In this document: one piece after another, positions 28,501 to 40,900 of the stretch
Layout: the number at the start of each line of letters is the position of its first letter
Numbering within the stretch: the first letter of the stretch is position 1
Assembly: GCA_024704765.1 (NCBI GenBank)
Contig: JAKMXF010000122.1
Coordinates: forward strand, 395,068 to 459,067
From: Oopsacas minuta
Taxonomy: Eukaryota > Animalia > Porifera
Reading direction: 5' to 3'
Length of the DNA: 64,000 bases
Notes under the pieces: model-generated
Database searches by the model: none
What the model saw: the letters and a program-made list of their open reading frames with translations, nothing else
What the model was told of the DNA's origin: nothing
Translations under genes and position numbers: made by a program

Positions 28501-30349
28501 AAATTTTCATTAGCCTAAATCAGTAAATCAGTGTTATAATATTATATGGAACGGTCAGTTTCAACAAAGAATTTACAGGAAAATCAAAGAGTATGGTAAA
28601 ACCCTCTTTACGATCAGAAGAAAATTGTAGTAAATGACAAGTGTTTTCTGGTAGGGCTTATATTAATTCTATTACCGTACGTAGAATATCCACATAGTAC
28701 AAATGTTGACCAGAAAACCATTCGAAATTGAGTGTAGCACAGTCAGTTAAGCTATAGGGTAAAATTGCAGAGAATTATAACTCTATTTAGATTTCAACCA
28801 ATTGAGTGGCGAATTTGTTGATTTGTGTGGACAAATTATTGCACACTGTAATGTTTTATAGGTGTGTGGTCGATAATAACAGGTATACCTTGATTTCTAA
28901 AGTTAAATATGAGTATTTGGTCGCTTAAGTAGTTAGTCGCCCATGGCAGGTCATCAAGAGCTGTAAAAACCATCCGTGCAAGAAAAAGTGGGCATTGTAC
29001 CCAGTATGTCGCTAATGGCAGTTATCGTGCAAACCAAGTACACCTGTATGTGTAATCGGATCAATTTTGATTTATAAATATAATTGCAATATAATTGACA
29101 AATTGAAAACTGCTTGTCAGCGCCAATATCGACAAAGATTAACTACAATGAACAGTAAATTAATGAACTTACAAGTGGACTCGCAAATCAATAGTTCGAT
29201 TCGCGATTTCACCAGCGTAATTCAGAATTCGGCTATTCATTTAACTTGCGGTCGAAAAGGAGATTTCACCTAATCATTTCAGTTGTAGCCAATAAATTGT
29301 GTGTGCTACATATATTATGTCAAAAATATATAATACAAGACAAGCATGAACATTCAGGAGTATGCACAAAGTGGTAGAACAAATAAATAATAAAAGGGTT
29401 CTAATTCGTAGCAACATATATAACTAAATCAATAGCCATTGAATACAAAGTATTATAGAAAGTAAATCAGATATTTCGGCAAATAATGCAATTATCCAAT
29501 CACACAGTGAACACCCCCTGGAAATTGGTCAAAAGTTCAATCCGATATTTAGTAACCACTTAAAGTTTATTGGAAAGAGAATATCCAATTACTTCAAATG
29601 TTAAAATTTGTTATGTTCCATCATTTAGTTTAGTAACAACTGGAACGAATGTAAGCATTACAATTTCTTGCTCAGAAATTATTCCTGACAACCACAGATA
29701 TTCACTTATATCAATGAAGTAAATTCCAGTATCTAAGCAACTAATACATTCCAAAGACTTCATTCTATTGCATTTTCGACTACTCTCTTATTATAGTGAT
29801 TATATAAGCGGAGTTCAAATAATAAATCCTTAAAATAGCTAAAATATTTTGATAAATTTTTCTGTTAGATGTTTCTGTCGCGTTCTGTCAAGTTGTCTCC
29901 TTAGTTTATAATATAGCATTTTCAATTCTCTATAAAATACAACAATTTCCAGGTTCGCGAAAATTCGCACAAATTTAGATTCAATCACGTGAACATTTTA
30001 ATTTATCTAACATTTTTTAAAATTCTCTTTTCACAATTTATATAAATATTATGGTTGCTTAGCGATATAATCAAAACGGAAAGTTATTTACATTTTATGT
30101 TCGTGTTTACAAAATTCAGCTTGTAATTAATATAAATAAATGTTCCCATCACGTATTTTTACAAAGATTCCATTAAAAAATCAACACTCTTCTACTGTGT
30201 GAAAAAGTTTCTTCAAAAGTTCCTTAATTCTTAGATTTCAGAATTTATTTTATAAGCTTATAAAACAAACATGCATATATATATATAATCTTACTTTTTG
30301 CCCTGAATTTACAATATTGTTAATAAATAATATATTAATTATCTAGAAA

Positions 30350-32400
30350 ATGAACACCCTTCAAGCTTTTCAGTTTTATTGTGAGCATAAATTACTTAGC
30401 GCCCGTTTAATCACAGACCAATTTATTTCAACTCATGGTTTTGATCGAGATCAGCAAAATTTCTTTCGTCTGAAGTTCAATGATATTCAAAAAGAGAGAG
30501 CTCTTTTCATAAATTTTCGGACCTTGATACTTGGAATTCCATGTGCTTCTGCCCTCTGCCAAAGAAGCCTAGGTTAAGTGCCTCTTCTTCATTAACCATT
30601 AACTTTGAAGAAGACTTTAATTTTTCAAAAAAGAAATCACTCGCTGACTTAACGACCAAAGGATTGAGAAATCGGCTCTCTTCTCTTAAGTCTCACCTCG
30701 AATCAGTCGCTGAAAACGAGCATGTATCCCAAAGACTCTTGCAACTTATCTCTTACTACTTTGTTGCAATGAGGAGCAGGACATGAATAGCGCCAATGTT
30801 TGTAAAGAGATACTCAAGAAGGGAAACGTATTTCCTATCGATCCATAATTAACACTTGATAAATCTGCCTTTCTTTTCAATTCGCTTGAGATCGGTAAAA
30901 CTAAGTATTTAGAACTTCGGCGTACGTTACTATCTGAAGATCTCAAGTTACCAGGCTACAATAGTGTAGCTAAACATCGGGCTCAAATTCATTTGCTGGA
31001 TGAGGTGCATATAATTCATAGAGAATTTCCATGTGAAGTAGGTATTTCTTACAACAGACTACTCACCCATACAGTTGAACGAATTGTATCTAACTTAAGT
31101 CCTGATACCCTTGTCTATCCGCTGAAAGTTCGAGTATCCGATGGCTTAGATGGCTCTGGGTGTCATCGAGTTTACCAGCAAGTTATATCTAACCCTGACC
31201 TCTCGACTAAAACCTTCATTTTATTTGGTTTCAAGGTTAACGCAATCATAAATGCAAATGATCATATCCTATGGAAACCTCATCATCCAAATTCGCCATT
31301 TGCACTCGACCAGTTGCCCTCTTAGCCCTTCCAGAAAATGAAGAGAGTGTCAAGTTTTCGATGGACTCATTAATAAATAACGAAACTTCTATTGAAGAGA
31401 GTGGTTTGAGTTTACACAATGGCAATGGAGAGGTCAAGATCATAAGAGCTCATTTCGATACAAAGATGGCAAAAATCTTAAGCGGTGCTGGTGGTGCTAA
31501 TTGTCAAATGTGTACTGCTACGTTCCAACTGATACACGATATTAGCATAGTTAACAATGGCTTTCCCATGAATAGAACTATCCGTGATGCACGTGATGTA
31601 TTTGATGAGGTTGATGAGGAAGAAATTTTATCTTTGCCAACAAATCAAAGATCCAATTTACTACACAAACCAATTTCAGAAAAAGATATCATATCAGCTT
31701 CTCCTCTACATGCATATTTGGGAACATTTAGTTGGTTCCTATTATTGATTTGCCATCTACAGTGTGGTGCTATTCAAAAATGGTCACCAACTTCGCCAAT
31801 AATTCTTGGGGCCAAGAAATTTATTACTAGCCTTATTGAAGAAAAACTTAGTATATCCATTGATACACCATCAATCCAAGAAGGAACTACCACAACCGGA
31901 AATGTTGTTCGGAGATGCTTCACACGTAGCGATGATACTTTGCAAGATTTTCTCTATTGGGTATTGATGGTTGTTCCTCATGAGACACATCAAGTTGTCA
32001 CTACAATCTTTAATAATTTGAGTGCTATCCTGAGATTGTATAATAGCAACAGGAAAGTGGATACTGAAGGCCTTGATAATGTATACCGAGATACTTACGA
32101 ATCCATTTTAACTAATTTTTCATAGGCACATGTAATCCCTACTTTACATAAACTTCCAGCCAATGCACCACAAATAATTGCAGATCATAATGGTGGGTTT
32201 GCATAGAAGATTTGTCTGAAGAAGGCCTTGAATCTTGCAATAAATTGGACAGGCGATACTGTGAGAGACTCCAAAGAAAATCTAACTTTGAAGACAACAT
32301 TAAAGATGTGTTCGTCAGGCTTATCTGTCAAAGTGATCCAATTTTAGCATCCTTTCGTAATATTACCAAAATGATTCGGAGCCAGATCTATCTGAGTTAA
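30350..32400 (+). pseudogene. RAG1-like transposase, copy 2 (about 4 frameshifts/stops)
   Basis: SDGLDGSG, HFDTKM, GGANCQMC, SPLHAY, TTGNVVRR, TLHKL and SEEGLESCNK in RAG1 order; N-terminal KKSLADLTTKGLRNRLSSLKSHLESVAENE. Confidence 0.93.
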
Positions 32401-32436
32401 AGAGCTGCCAAGATGTTTTGATGAATTCACTAAGTG

Positions 32437-33746
32437 CAAGAGTTGTTCAATAAATAGTGAGACTTTTTCATAATTCATATAGTAAACCTACACTTATCAT
32501 AATTGATCATCAAACGTTTCAATAAATTCCCCCTTTAACTTATACATCGTTTCCATTGTTCTGGGAAAATTCCCAACCCAGTGGTATAGAATTATTCAGG
32601 GGTCAATTTTTCCCACTGTTGCATTTCATACTCCAGCCATTTGAAGCCCTCAAATCTCCACCCTCGAAGAAGTCTCTTCATCTCTCCAAACAGCCAGTGG
32701 TCGCTGGGAGCCAGGTCTGGACTATACAGGGGATGAGGGAGGCATTCGAATCCTAAGTCGTCAATTGCAGCTATTATCTTGGAGCTTACACGGGGAATTG
32801 CATTCTCATGTTGCAGCAATACGCCACGTGTCAACTAGCCTCACCTCTCACGAGTAATCGCTTGACGCAATTCTTTCAATTCGTCAACGTAATAATCACT
32901 GTTTATGGTGGTCTTCTCAGGCAACCAGTCAAGGCGTATAATTCCTTCCCTATCCCAAAATACTGTTGCCATTCTCTTCCCTGTTGATTTTTCGGCCTTT
33001 ACCTTGATGGGTACAGGTTCATCAAATCCCTTCCACTGCTCGATTGAGTTTTGCTCTTTGGTTAATAATAATTTAACCAAGTTTCATCCCATGTTACTAT
33101 ACGATCCAAAAAGTCTTCCTCTGCATTGTATCTAGAAAGTAATTCTTTGCTAACTCTGACCCTTTCGCATTTTGTTCTTTTGAAAGAAGTTTTTGGGACC
33201 CAACGCCCAGTTACCTTCGACATTTCCACATCTTCAATGATAATCGAGTGTAGTGTGGCTTTTGATTACCTACCCTCTCTTCTAACTCTCGAAGGGTTAT
33301 TCGTCTGTCCTCGTCCAAAATTGTTTGGACGCTCTCGATATTACTGCGGGCTTTGGAGGAAGTCGGATGACCTGGAAGAGGGTCATCGTGGAGGTCCTCA
33401 CCGCCACTATCAAAACGTTCGATCAATCTATAAATGGTAGCTTACGAAGGACATTCATCACCGAAATTACCCTGCATTTCACGAAGAATGTATGAGCCAG
33501 TCTTCCCCTTTTTCCATAGGTACCAAATTATTTGTCGTTTTCCTTCTTTGCTAAAATCCATTAGTTGAAAAGAGTAGCCTACACAAATGAAACTTTACAC
33601 TGAATAATATGCTAGTAAAGTAAAGAGTATATTGTATCGAAGTTAGACAATCAAGTTAGACTTGTTATCTGATATTAGGCTTAGAGCTGTATTAACTAGA
33701 ATATGAATTCGATATATTAGTTTCATTACTTATTGAACAACCCTTG
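32437..33746 (-). mobile_element. mariner (DD34D) element, pseudogenised, nested in RAG1-like copy 2
   Basis: TIR CAAG(A/G)GTTGTTCAATAA; TG/TA flanks; MATVFWD, HENA...34 aa...YSPDLAPSD motifs; 1310 bp. Confidence 0.9.
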
Positions 33747-36168
33747 TACAAATACGTTATAGTTTGTAGATCATGAACGGTAGGTCATTTTCAACAAGAA
33801 ATGTGGTTTCATAAGTTGATTAAAATGGATCTTAAATAGTGTTAATAATATCAAAACATAAAACATTCAATTTCTGAGGCTATAGCTACCAAATTGGCTT
33901 AATTTGAATCGATAAACAAGTTAAAATATTTTTGAATGTGTCAATGGCGTCATTACATTCACACCCAAAAACTTGGAAACAATCTAGTTACGTCAATCGA
34001 TTTCTTGGGTACGATTCTCAATATGTCAATAATATAGTTTAATAGGTTATCTAGTACCCTAATACCTACTTCCAGGCTTTAGCCATTTCGTACCACTGTG
34101 AATCATTTCGCAAATGAGTTAATTTTTCTGACGAATGAGATCATAAAGGCGCACTTTGCTTGCTAGGTCGCTACGCGACCTAGTACTACACTCGTCACTA
34201 TGTGCCTCAAATTGAAAAATAGTTAAAATTTTCAGATTATATTATCGATGGTCTAACCAAATTATATTGGATGGATTCTGTGCTCAAACTAGAAATGCTT
34301 TGTCGCTTTTGACTAGTAATTTCGACACTTAGTGCCTCGGATATTAAGAAATTCCGAAATCTTTCCAAATTTTGAGACTGTTGGTATTTTGTAAAGTGAT
34401 TATGACATAATCATTCCACGATGAGTTTGCACTCGGTCAAAATCATGACGTCAGGACATTTGCCAAATTGACGCGTACCTCTGATTTAACTTTCAAAGTT
34501 CTATTATGTACATTGGGTGAGCAGTGGTGAATAATGTGATTTCTCGATTATCCAAAAGGTGTCAACCAATATTAGGGGTTCCAATCTCGGCATTTCAGTT
34601 AATTTAATCCCGGGATAGACTTTCAATCCGGCATTGAATGCAAATCTATCAGGAATAATCAGAAAATCCTATTTAAAACATATTATTTAGCATTCTAGCT
34701 CCTCATGCTCTATGTATCATACTGGCGTTAATCAATAAACAGTTATATAAATTCAACATGTCTGAATGATTATTTAAGTATCAAATTATTTGATCATTCT
34801 GGGATTGATCATGATTCAAGAATTCACTACAAAGTAATATATTCAACCGATACCCTTAGGAGATAGTATAAAAATCAATTATCATTCAATATACCCTAGT
34901 AAGAGGAAGTGGCTATAGAAATTAACTCGAAACAGCATCGTAAAAATAGAAATGCTGTGGGATTATAAGTGGAAATGTTAGCATATTAGGAGACTCGCCG
35001 TCCTAAATCTACACACTCATAGAGGTTCTACTATGTTTACAATTGAGAAATTAAATATTTTATTGGACAAGTAATATTTGGGGGTGCATAGTCCCTGCAC
35101 CCTTCAGTGGATCCGTGCCTGCTATTTTCCCTTCTATATTGACATCACGAATGTCACAACTCACAAACCTACTAGAGGAGTGTACGAAAAGTGATGGATT
35201 CTCAAGTAAATTTATCTGCGGAACTCATGCAGCAAATATTTGGTTTACAAAGTTTACAGAATATTGAGTATCAGTAGTTATAGTATGTGGTATGGGAGAA
35301 AATTGGAAGTGTCCTTTGCAAAGCTATAAAATCTTTAGATATCCAATATTTGGGAATTTGATACTCCAATTAGATCATGACCACCACTAGTCTCCTCTTG
35401 GAATACCTGTAAATCAGCTGGTGGAAGAATTCTTCATCTGAGACAAAAATTTTGGTTTGTTTCGTCCCAACTGGTGATGCATAAATGTCAGCAAAATAGA
35501 GTCGGGTGGTAACTTGATCATAATCGATTTCTATATGAATGGTTGCTGCTATTTCTCATGGAATTCTAATCTCACAAAGAATCTAAGGAGGAATCCGATA
35601 GAAGGCATGTTCTTCTACAGTTGGACGAAATTCACGTAAGATCAGATTAAATACAAAACGAGGGTAATATCTAAGGTTCTTCTTGTCTACAAACTGATTC
35701 ACTAAATGCAGAGAACAATTCTTTCATATCCGATCTTGCTAAGGCGGTTCTAGCATTCAAGTTCCAAGCCTTTTCATAAAGTGGTCTTAAAGTGTGAAAC
35801 TTCTACCATATTGTAATTCAAATCTTCTGACTTACTTACAGTAGTGGAGCAAGTTATTATTTACATCGAGTAGTGTGATCCTAAGGTAGTAGTAACTGTT
35901 GTACTGCTGATTATCAACTGAACGTGAGTTTATTTAAGTCTCTAGCTTCTAGCACAAGTTTACAGCTAACTTGCCCAAACCTATCAGATCCTACTAGATC
36001 CATTTTCGTGATGTTTGACCCGGTTCACATAGTGAAGCGTATCCGAAATAACTGGATAAATCAGAAGGACATTAATACAGCATTATCTTCCCATCAATCG
36101 AGCAATACTTTAGTGGAACATTTCCTTATTGCCTTTCAAACGCTTCATTCAAAGATCTCAGGTATATA

Positions 36169-38398
36169 CAGTCAAGGGACAAAAGTATTCGACCATACAA
36201 ATATATTGTCATAAATTGTATACTCTTTCCCGCTCCTATACAGGGTGTTTCACAATTGATGTCGTATTGTCCAAATTTGTTTATTATGCACCCATGCAAT
36301 AATATCTGTGTATTTAAACTTGCAATCGTAATTAATCTTACAGGGTTCTATTGAGTAATTATTTCATTCATCAATCGAAACATTTTATAGCTTCTGTTTC
36401 CATATCCAAATTGGGCTAATTATTTGCATAATATAATGGTGAAAGAATACAGTATCATGATTCGCTCACAGGCTGTTGGCAGGCTCTTCTCAGAAGTTTG
36501 TGTCTCTTAAACTTGGAGTTAATATCCGTACAGTTCAGCGTTGGTGGCGACTTTTCAAGAATGATTTGACATTAGAAAACAAAGGGGGACGTGGCCGTAA
36601 ATCGTCCATATCGAAAGTTGCCAAGATTGTAATTACTAAATCAATTGGCAAAAAACGACAGTCTGTACGTGGTCTATCCAAGAAATTGAAGTTGAAAGGT
36701 CATTCCGTATCTCAGAGTACAGTGTACCGTTATTTGACAAAAGAAAAGGGCGTAAAATCTTACAAACGCCAGCGGCAGCCGTTAATAACAGAAAAACATG
36801 GCTGCCAGGTTAAAATTTTGTAAAGAACGTGTCAATTGGATAGCAAATGATTGGAAAAACATAATATTTACAGATGAATCACCGTTTGAGTTAAATCATC
36901 CCCCAAACAGGAAAAATGATTGTGTTTGGGCGAGAAACACATTGGATGTCGAGCCAGTTCAGATGGTGAAATTTCCAAAGAAAATTCAAGTATGTGGTAT
37001 GATGTCACATCGTGCACTGTCGGAGTTACACTTCATTCCCGTTGGACAAACTGTATCTGCAGAGTACTATGTTAGTGAGATACTGGGTAAAACTTTAATG
37101 TCTACAATGAATAGAAAGCGAGAAAGAGGCACAGTTGTTGAGAGGAAAATGTTAAAAAATATGTCCCGTGCGATATTTCAACAAGATGGCGCTCTAGCTC
37201 ACACGACAAACATGACACAAAATTGGTTGAGAAGTAACCTCAAGAGTTTTTGGGCGAAAGGTACCTGGCCAGCCAACTCTCCAGACTTGAGTCCCATTGA
37301 GAACATATGGTCGATTTTGAAAGATGATCTAGATTCAATAGGTGAGTTAAAAGACATAAAAATGTTGGAAAATCGACTGAAAACAGCATGGTCCAATATT
37401 TCACCAGAGGTTTTGGACAAATTGATGGATGGAATGCCAAAACGAATCCATAAGTGTATTGAACTTAGTGGTGGATATATTGGCAAATAATTGTAGTAAT
37501 ATATCTAGTATTCTATTAGTTATGTAATATTGTACAACACGACATCAATTGTGAAACACCCTGTATATTGTGTAGTCTATATTCGTAGCTGCAATCTAGT
37601 AATTTCCATAGAATAACATATGTTTTTCAAGAATTTCAAAAAAATATTTTCGATTTACACTTTTTGAAGGTGTTAATTGTCAATAATTATTAGATAATTA
37701 TTGATAATCAAAAATGTGGTGATTCAAAGCCTATTAAGAATCTATAATTTCTGACTTGATATTTGAATTCTACGTAGGCGAGTTACCCCAGAATGAAATT
37801 TCCAATCGAATTGAACAACTTTTACCAAAGTTATAGAAGAATTCCAATTTGTGCCATTTGTGCCACCTTTTGCCCAAGGTGGCACAAGTGGCCGCTACCA
37901 AGAAGTTATTTTGTAATTCAAGGGTTAGCATAGTCATATCATTCGAAAATAGTACTTTGACTTATTCCTCCTAACCCTAGTTGATTTCCTTGTAGTGGCG
38001 CTTTTTCCTGCCACCTGTGCCACTTTTTCAAAAAGTGGCACAAATTGAAATTCTTCTATAACTTCAGTAAAAGTTGTTCAATTCGATTGGAAATTTCAAT
38101 CTGGGGTAACTCGCCTAAGTAGAATTCAAATATCAAGTCAGAAATTATAGATTCTTAATAGGCTTTGAATCACCACATTTTTGATTATCAATAATTATCT
38201 AATAATTATTGACAATTAACACCTTCAAAAAGTGTAAATCGAAAATATTTTTTTGAAATTCTTGAAAAACATATGTTATTCTATGGAAATTACTAGATTG
38301 CAGCTACGAATATAGACTACACAATATATAGGAGCGGGAAAGAGCATACAATTTATAACAATTTATTTGTGTGGTCGAATACTTTTGTCCCTTGACTG
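36169..38398. mobile_element. Tc1-type foldback MITE (~900 bp net, ~370-bp inverted arms)
   Basis: Ends CAGTCAAGGGACAAAAGTATTCG / CGAATACTTTTGTCCCTTGACTG with TA TSDs; left arm = 36169-36240 + 37564-37860, right arm = 38035-38398. Confidence 0.92.
36241..37563 (+). mobile_element. DD37E Tc1/mariner element (transposase ~36436-37490, two frameshifts)
   Basis: 30-bp TIR CAGGGTGTTTCACAATTGATGTCGT(A/G)TTGT, TA TSD; FTDES ... QQDGA-37 aa-PIENIW. Confidence 0.95.
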
Positions 38399-40249
38399 TA
38401 TACAAGTCCGAGCAGTACTCAACTGCTAAGATTGCTCATAAATTAACATCCAAAGTTGTATGGCCTTCAGTTCTTGAAGGACAAAGTGTCCCTTTAGCTC
38501 TCTTGCAGTTTGGGATCAGTCAACAGCAGATGCTGTGTTGATGTATAGTGAAAAGAATAAGGTTTCCAACCAAACATTTCAATTTCTTTCTCTCAATACT
38601 AGATTTCGGAACATGTGTAACCTTCACGGTCCAGGGAAAGATATTCGACTACGCGACTCTGATTCAAAGGTTTTCCAGCTTTAAGATGATCTCGGTGTTC
38701 TTTTCAAAGTTTGTATCTTGGCTTCAGGATTGGAAGAGATATAGTTGTAGCTAGAGCTGGAAAACTTAGTTCAGAAACATTTACCAGATTAATTCACACT
38801 TTTCAAGCTATTCCAGGAATATAAACTAACCATTTAAGAAGCAGTGATATTCTTCTTACGTTTTGACAGGATTTTTACAAACGATTTTCTTGAAAAACAC
38901 TTTGGGTTTACAGATTAATGTCTGGCTGTAATTACAACATTTCTGTCTGCCAAATTCTTGAGATTGTTTGTCGAACTAAAGTATCTAACATCTTAAAGTT
39001 ATACAGAGCTAAAGACAGCGAATTTGAGACTTCAGCAAAGGAATGTGTCAAGACTTTCTTATGTAACAATGAACCTGATAATACTGAAAAACTCCAAACA
39101 GACCTGAGCATATCCTCTTCTATTCTCCTCTCCATCTGAACTTGGATCTCCAACAGATGACAGAGTTTCACCAGTCCTTGGCTTTCATTGCTGGGTATGC
39201 TATACACAGTATTTGCAATTCAAAATTGTATTCACGAAAAAGCTATTTCCAATCCCACCACTTCATTATGTAATAGTTGTGTTTCTTTCACAACAATGAA
39301 CCCTGCCTTGGAGAATGAAGATTCTGACTTGAATCTGATACGCTTAGCTGACCCAAGAAGGCTTAAATATCCTCCAGGTGAAGTTGTCAATGGGAGTAAT
39401 CACTCTAAGGAAAATCCTATTTAAAATCGAACAGGTTAATCGACTGATGAGACAATTTCTTGCTGGTATCAGTAAAACTATTCTGAATCAACTCTCAATT
39501 TCGAGGATACAACTTGAGAATGTTTTGATTTCTGGAGATTTGAGTTCCATAGTAGTCAAGCAACATACCATTGTTATCTCAGCAATGTACTATCTGCCAC
39601 CAGCAATTGTTTATTGAAGAATAAAGTTGTCAATCTAAGCTCTAAAAGGAACTTGGAAAAATGTCGCAGTGGGGGAAACTACCAATGTTTCCAGGCTGAA
39701 CAGTGCTTGTATTTTCTAGTACATATGTGCATTGTATTCATAATTTTCATATACAGTTTGTTTATAGTTTTTGTAGTAGTTTTGTGATAAATAATCATCA
39801 CAATTATCCACCTCTATTGTATAATATTTAATGTAGGCTATTATTAATGTCATTTTATCATGTATCACTATTGTTGATACTTTGCATTTTAGACTGAAGC
39901 AATCCAGGGTTCAAAACGTCAATAGGCTATAGTTACGTAGGCTGTGTGTACTTGCATATGAAAGTATGGTGATGTACCAAATTTGTATATACGCTGGCTA
40001 GTCATAGGATATTTTGAATTAAAGGGCTAATACAAAGCATGTGCTTAATTAACATCATCAATTCATAATACATACGTAGAATTTCTTGAGACTCAATAAT
40101 TTAATAAATATAATGAATTTTTAGCACCATATGTGGTTTTGAATAAAAGCCTTAATACAATTCTGATAATAACAACAATTTTAGGAATGGCAATATTCAC
40201 CTCATTTGCTTCATAAGCAAAATTTGTTTCTATGTGTATAATGCACGAT

Positions 40250-40900
40250 CTTAACCAGAGTCAACAAATTCCAGATGTTCTTCATAATATTTTTCGCGTG
40301 TCAAAAACGGTATGAATGATAAATTAAATCTTCCTTGAAAAGAATGAACCACACAAAATGCCTATTAGTTTACTAATATCACTTCACGATATCCATTCGT
40401 AAAGCTGCCCTCATTAATAAATCTGCAAAAGATGTTCAGAAGAGTTAATGGATTTTTACGATTGGGAGCACAAGAAATATTGCACAGTGATAATCGAAAA
40501 GTGTTAAAAATCAACTCCTCATCGACTGACTTGATCGACATTGGTTTTGTCCAAAATTATCGATCCTGAATGACAAGGTTCATTCGAAAGAGTACTCGAG
40601 CAATAAACGAAAAAGATTTTTGGTCAGGTTTTACGCCAAAGAAATACACCCTATTACCCAACACTGGGATGACTCCTTTTCAGGCGTTATTGCACATGTT
40701 TTCGTAAATCTTTTGAAATCCTTGCATACTACCTTCAGATATACTGCAAAACTTGTGTCTAAACACATATTTGATTAGAAGCGTTTGAGAGTTGATGGAT
40801 GAGGTTGAGAGATCTAGTTTAATGATTGCCTTGAAAGATAGGACTAATGCTAATAGGTTATATCGGTGCTGGGTCTTCAAAACCTTCAAATTTTCAAGTT
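40250..40900 (+). pseudogene. Integrase-core remnant (Ginger/KRBA2-like or gypsy-like)
   Basis: LINKSAKDV, LGAQEILHSDN and QGSFER motifs. Confidence 0.55.

Larger units (their letters stand above)
29503..34100 (+). mobile_element. RAG1-like (Transib-superfamily) transposon copy 2, both ends intact
   Basis: Starts CACAGTG (29503-29509), ends CACTGTG (34094-34100), flanked by identical 5-bp AATCA (29498-29502, 34101-34105); contains a RAG1-like ORF and a nested mariner. Confidence 0.93.
35450..39620 (+). pseudogene. P-superfamily (THAP9-like) transposase remnant, interrupted at 36169-38398
   Basis: LQLDEIHV, FDPVHIVKRIRNNW, AHKLTSKVVWP and RLMSGCNYNISVCQILE; the frame resumes after the insertion; outer boundaries approximate. 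Confidence 0.85.

Noticed and set aside
29510-29545. Canonical 12/23 RSS with nonamer ACAAAAACC
   Set aside because: No nonamer at 12 or 23 nt from either heptamer; only a loose TCAAAAGTT on the left.
32434-32448. Apparent CxxC (KCKSC) at the end of RAG1-like copy 2
   Set aside because: It overlaps the mariner TIR, so it is coincidental.
29510-34093. RAG2-like (kelch/PHD) gene within or beside the RAG1-like elements
   Set aside because: No kelch-like ORF was seen on either strand, and the non-transposase flanks are too short.
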